In this document: piece by piece, positions 61,804 to 64,000 of the stretch
Layout of the letters: each line of letters starts with the position of its first letter
Position numbering within the stretch: position 1 is the stretch's first letter
Source of the DNA: Alphaproteobacteria bacterium
GTDB taxonomy: Bacteria; Pseudomonadota; Alphaproteobacteria; UBA6615
Direction: 5' to 3'
Length of the DNA stretch: 64,000 bases
Assembly: GCA_965261975.1 (NCBI GenBank)
Contig: CBDHEC010000003.1
Location: 1-64,000 of the forward strand
Program-made: the position numbers and the translations under genes
The notes under the pieces: model-generated
The model's input: only the letters and a program-made list of their open reading frames with translations
Told to the model about the DNA's origin: nothing
The model's database searches: none

Positions 61804-62927
61804 GCCGTCAGCTTCACAGGCTGGCGCTTGCGGCCCCAGGTCCCGGGGGCGGCGTCGAACACGCCGGGAATGGGTGTCCCGCAGGCGGCACAGGCCCCGC
61901 CGGAATTGCCCACGGGGGCCACGCGCCATTCGCTGAGTTCGTACCAGTCGCGGCCGATCGTGCGCGCCGCACATTTGGGGCAATAGGTGCTCTGGCGGCC
62001 CTTGTCGTGGACGTTGCCCGTGTAGACGTAGTTGACCCCGGCATCCAGCGCGATACGTCGTGCGCGGGCCAGGGTCTCGTGGGGCGTGGCGGGCGTGTCC
62101 ATCATCTTCCAGTCGGGATGGAAAGCCGAAAAATGCACCGGCACGTCGGGGCCGAGATTCTCGACGATCCATTTACTCATCGCCGCCAGTTCCGCCGGGT
62201 CGTCATTCTGGCCCGGGATGATCAGGTTGGTGATCTCCAGCCAGCAGTCGGTTTCGTGCTTGATATAGACCAGCGTGTCGAGCACATCGGCGAGTGAGGC
62301 GGTACAGAGCTCCTGGTAGAAGGCCTCCGTGAAGCCCTTCAGGTCAACATTGGCCGCGTCCATCTGTCGGAAGAACTCCTTGCGCGGCTCCGGCGAGATA
62401 TAGCCCGCCGTGACGGCCACCGTGCGCACCCCCACGTCGCGGCAGGCCTCGGCCACGTCGACGGCATATTCCAGAAAGATCACCGGGTCGTTGTAGGTGA
62501 AGGCGACCGAGCGGCAGCCATGCTCGGCCGCCGCTTTCGCGATCGCCTCGGGCATCGCCTGATCGGCCAGCGTGTCGAACTCCCGGCTCTTGGAGATATC
62601 CCAGTTCTGGCAGAACTTGCAGGTCAGGTTGCAGCCCGCCGTGCCGAAGCTGAGAACGGGCGTGCCCGGCAGGAAATGGTTGAGCGGCTTCTTCTCGATC
62701 GGATCGATGCAGTAGCCCGAGGACCGGCCATAGGTCGTGAGCACGATTCCGTCGTCCTGGCGGGCGCGCACGAAGCACAGGCCGCGCTGGCCCTCGTTCA
62801 GCTTGCACAAACGCGGGCACAGATCGCACTGGATGCGCCCGTCGTCGAGCGCCTGCCAGTATCGGCCGGGGAAATCGCCACGGGCACTTCCGGATTCCGG
62901 TATCTGCTGGTCAGTTCCATCGGCCAT
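61800..62927 (-). CDS. amrS: AmmeMemoRadiSam radical SAM enzyme
   Basis: CDLCPRLC, DPIEKKPL.HF, CNLTCKFCQN, FHPDWKM, YVYTGN. Confidence 0.94.
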   Translation of the reverse strand: MADGTDQQIPESGSARGDFPGRYWQALDDGRIQCDLCPRLCKLNEGQRGLCFVRARQDDGIVLTTYGRSSGYCIDPIEKKPLNHFLPGTPVLSFGTAGCNLTCKFCQNWDISKSREFDTLADQAMPEAIAKAAAEHGCRSVAFTYNDPVIFLEYAVDVAEACRDVGVRTVAVTAGYISPEPRKEFFRQMDAANVDLKGFTEAFYQELCTASLADVLDTLVYIKHETDCWLEITNLIIPGQNDDPAELAAMSKWIVENLGPDVPVHFSAFHPDWKMMDTPATPHETLARARRIALDAGVNYVYTGNVHDKGRQSTYCPKCAARTIGRDWYELSEWRVAPVGNSGGACAACGTPIPGVFDAAPGTWGRKRQPVKLTA

Positions 62928-63043
62928 CGCGGGCGAAGAATAACAGAGTATTTGCCCCGGGGGGCTTGGTCTGGGCGGATCAAGTCGCATATCATTCCGG
63001 GCAACAACGTTCCGACATTTTTCAGACATGCAAAGGACGTCCC

Positions 63044-64000
63044 ATGGGCCAATTCGGCATCGGTCAATCGGTCACGCGCATCGAAGATCTCCGCCTGCTG
63101 ACCGGCGGCGGCACCTATACCGACGATGTGCAGCTCGAGGGCGAGAGTCACGCCTTCATCCTTCGCTCGCCCCACGCCCACGCGGCGATCAAGGATATCG
63201 ACACGGGCGCGGCCAAGGCCGCGCCGGGCGTGCTGGCCGTGCTGACCGGCGCGGACATCGCGGCCGACGAGATCAAGCCCCTGCCCAACATGTTCCCGGT
63301 GGAAAGCCTGGACGGCACCGAGCGGCCCGAGACCTATCGCCCGCTGCTGGCCCAGGAGCGCGTCCGCTATGTGGGCGACCCGGTCGCCCTGGTGGTCGCC
63401 GACACGCTGGCGCAGGCCCGCGACGCGGCCGAGCTCATCGAGGTCGACTACGACGTGCTGGCGTCGGTCACCGACACCTACAAGGCAGCCCAGCCGGGCG
63501 CGCCGCTGGTCCACGATCACATCGAGGGAAATCTCAGCTTCGACTGGGGCAAGGGCGACAAGGATGCGACCGAGGCCGCCTTCGCCAAGGCCGACCATGT
63601 GACGGTGCTCGACCTGGTGAACAACCGGGTGGTGGTGAACCCGATGGAGCCGCGCGCGGCCATCGGCGCCTATGACGCCGGGGAGGACCGCTACACCCTC
63701 TACACCCCGACCCAAGGTACCCATGTTCTGCGCGGTGCCGTGTCCGCAATTCTGGGGATCGAGGGCGAGCAGCTGCGCGTGATCACCGGCGATGTGGGCG
63801 GCGGCTTCGGCATGAAGATTTTCCCCCACCCCGAACAGCCCATGGTCGTGTGGGCGGCAAAGAAGGTCGGCCGGCCGGTCCGCTGGACCAGCGACCGCTC
63901 CGAGGGCTTCGTCTCCGACATTCAGGGCCGCGATCACGTGACCCGCGCCGAGGTGGCGACCGACAAGGACGGCAAGTTCCTGGCGCTCCGCGTCACGACC
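63044..64000 (+). CDS. Xanthine dehydrogenase family Mo-binding large subunit (runs off the window)
   Basis: MGQFGIGQS.TRIEDLRLL, RSPHAHA, MEPR, VGGGFGMK. Confidence 0.92.
   Translation, partial: MGQFGIGQSVTRIEDLRLLTGGGTYTDDVQLEGESHAFILRSPHAHAAIKDIDTGAAKAAPGVLAVLTGADIAADEIKPLPNMFPVESLDGTERPETYRPLLAQERVRYVGDPVALVVADTLAQARDAAELIEVDYDVLASVTDTYKAAQPGAPLVHDHIEGNLSFDWGKGDKDATEAAFAKADHVTVLDLVNNRVVVNPMEPRAAIGAYDAGEDRYTLYTPTQGTHVLRGAVSAILGIEGEQLRVITGDVGGGFGMKIFPHPEQPMVVWAAKKVGRPVRWTSDRSEGFVSDIQGRDHVTRAEVATDKDGKFLALRVTT

Overview
High-GC chromosomal window, most likely from an alphaproteobacterium (Rhodospirillales-like, judged from gene content and the LexA box type). It is mostly housekeeping and metabolic genes: purQL, bolA-grxD, rpsD, cysS-cimA, nadE, pncB, class II DAHP synthase, gor, glmUS, a liv-type ABC importer, nrdAB, an AmmeMemoRadiSam pair and two Mo-hydroxylase large subunits. 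Two accessory loci stand out. (1) A ~3.1 kb low-GC element (25548-28676) is integrated inside the last codons of glmS. Its ends reconstruct a symmetric 27-2-27 bp serine-recombinase-type attP. It supplies a synonymous replacement glmS end, displaces the original end that was ATGA-coupled to an ABC ATPase, and carries a truncated large serine recombinase plus two tandem units of att arm + small recombinase-domain ORF + cargo gene. (2) Beside tRNA-Val(CAC) lies an array of four paralogous short peptides (two intact, two 5'-truncated). Three keep an acidic L[ST]DEALDRP leader-like motif and all have Gly/Thr/Ser-rich cores, three with Cys. The array resembles a RiPP precursor array and is cut off at a junction with a katG fragment. 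Also present are a Cys-rich uORF upstream of cysS, LexA and NrdR boxes upstream of nrdAB, TetR operators, and a cytochrome P460-multiheme fusion. Four +1 frameshifts in short homopolymers suggest sequencing error. All calls come from reading the sequence; no database searches were run.
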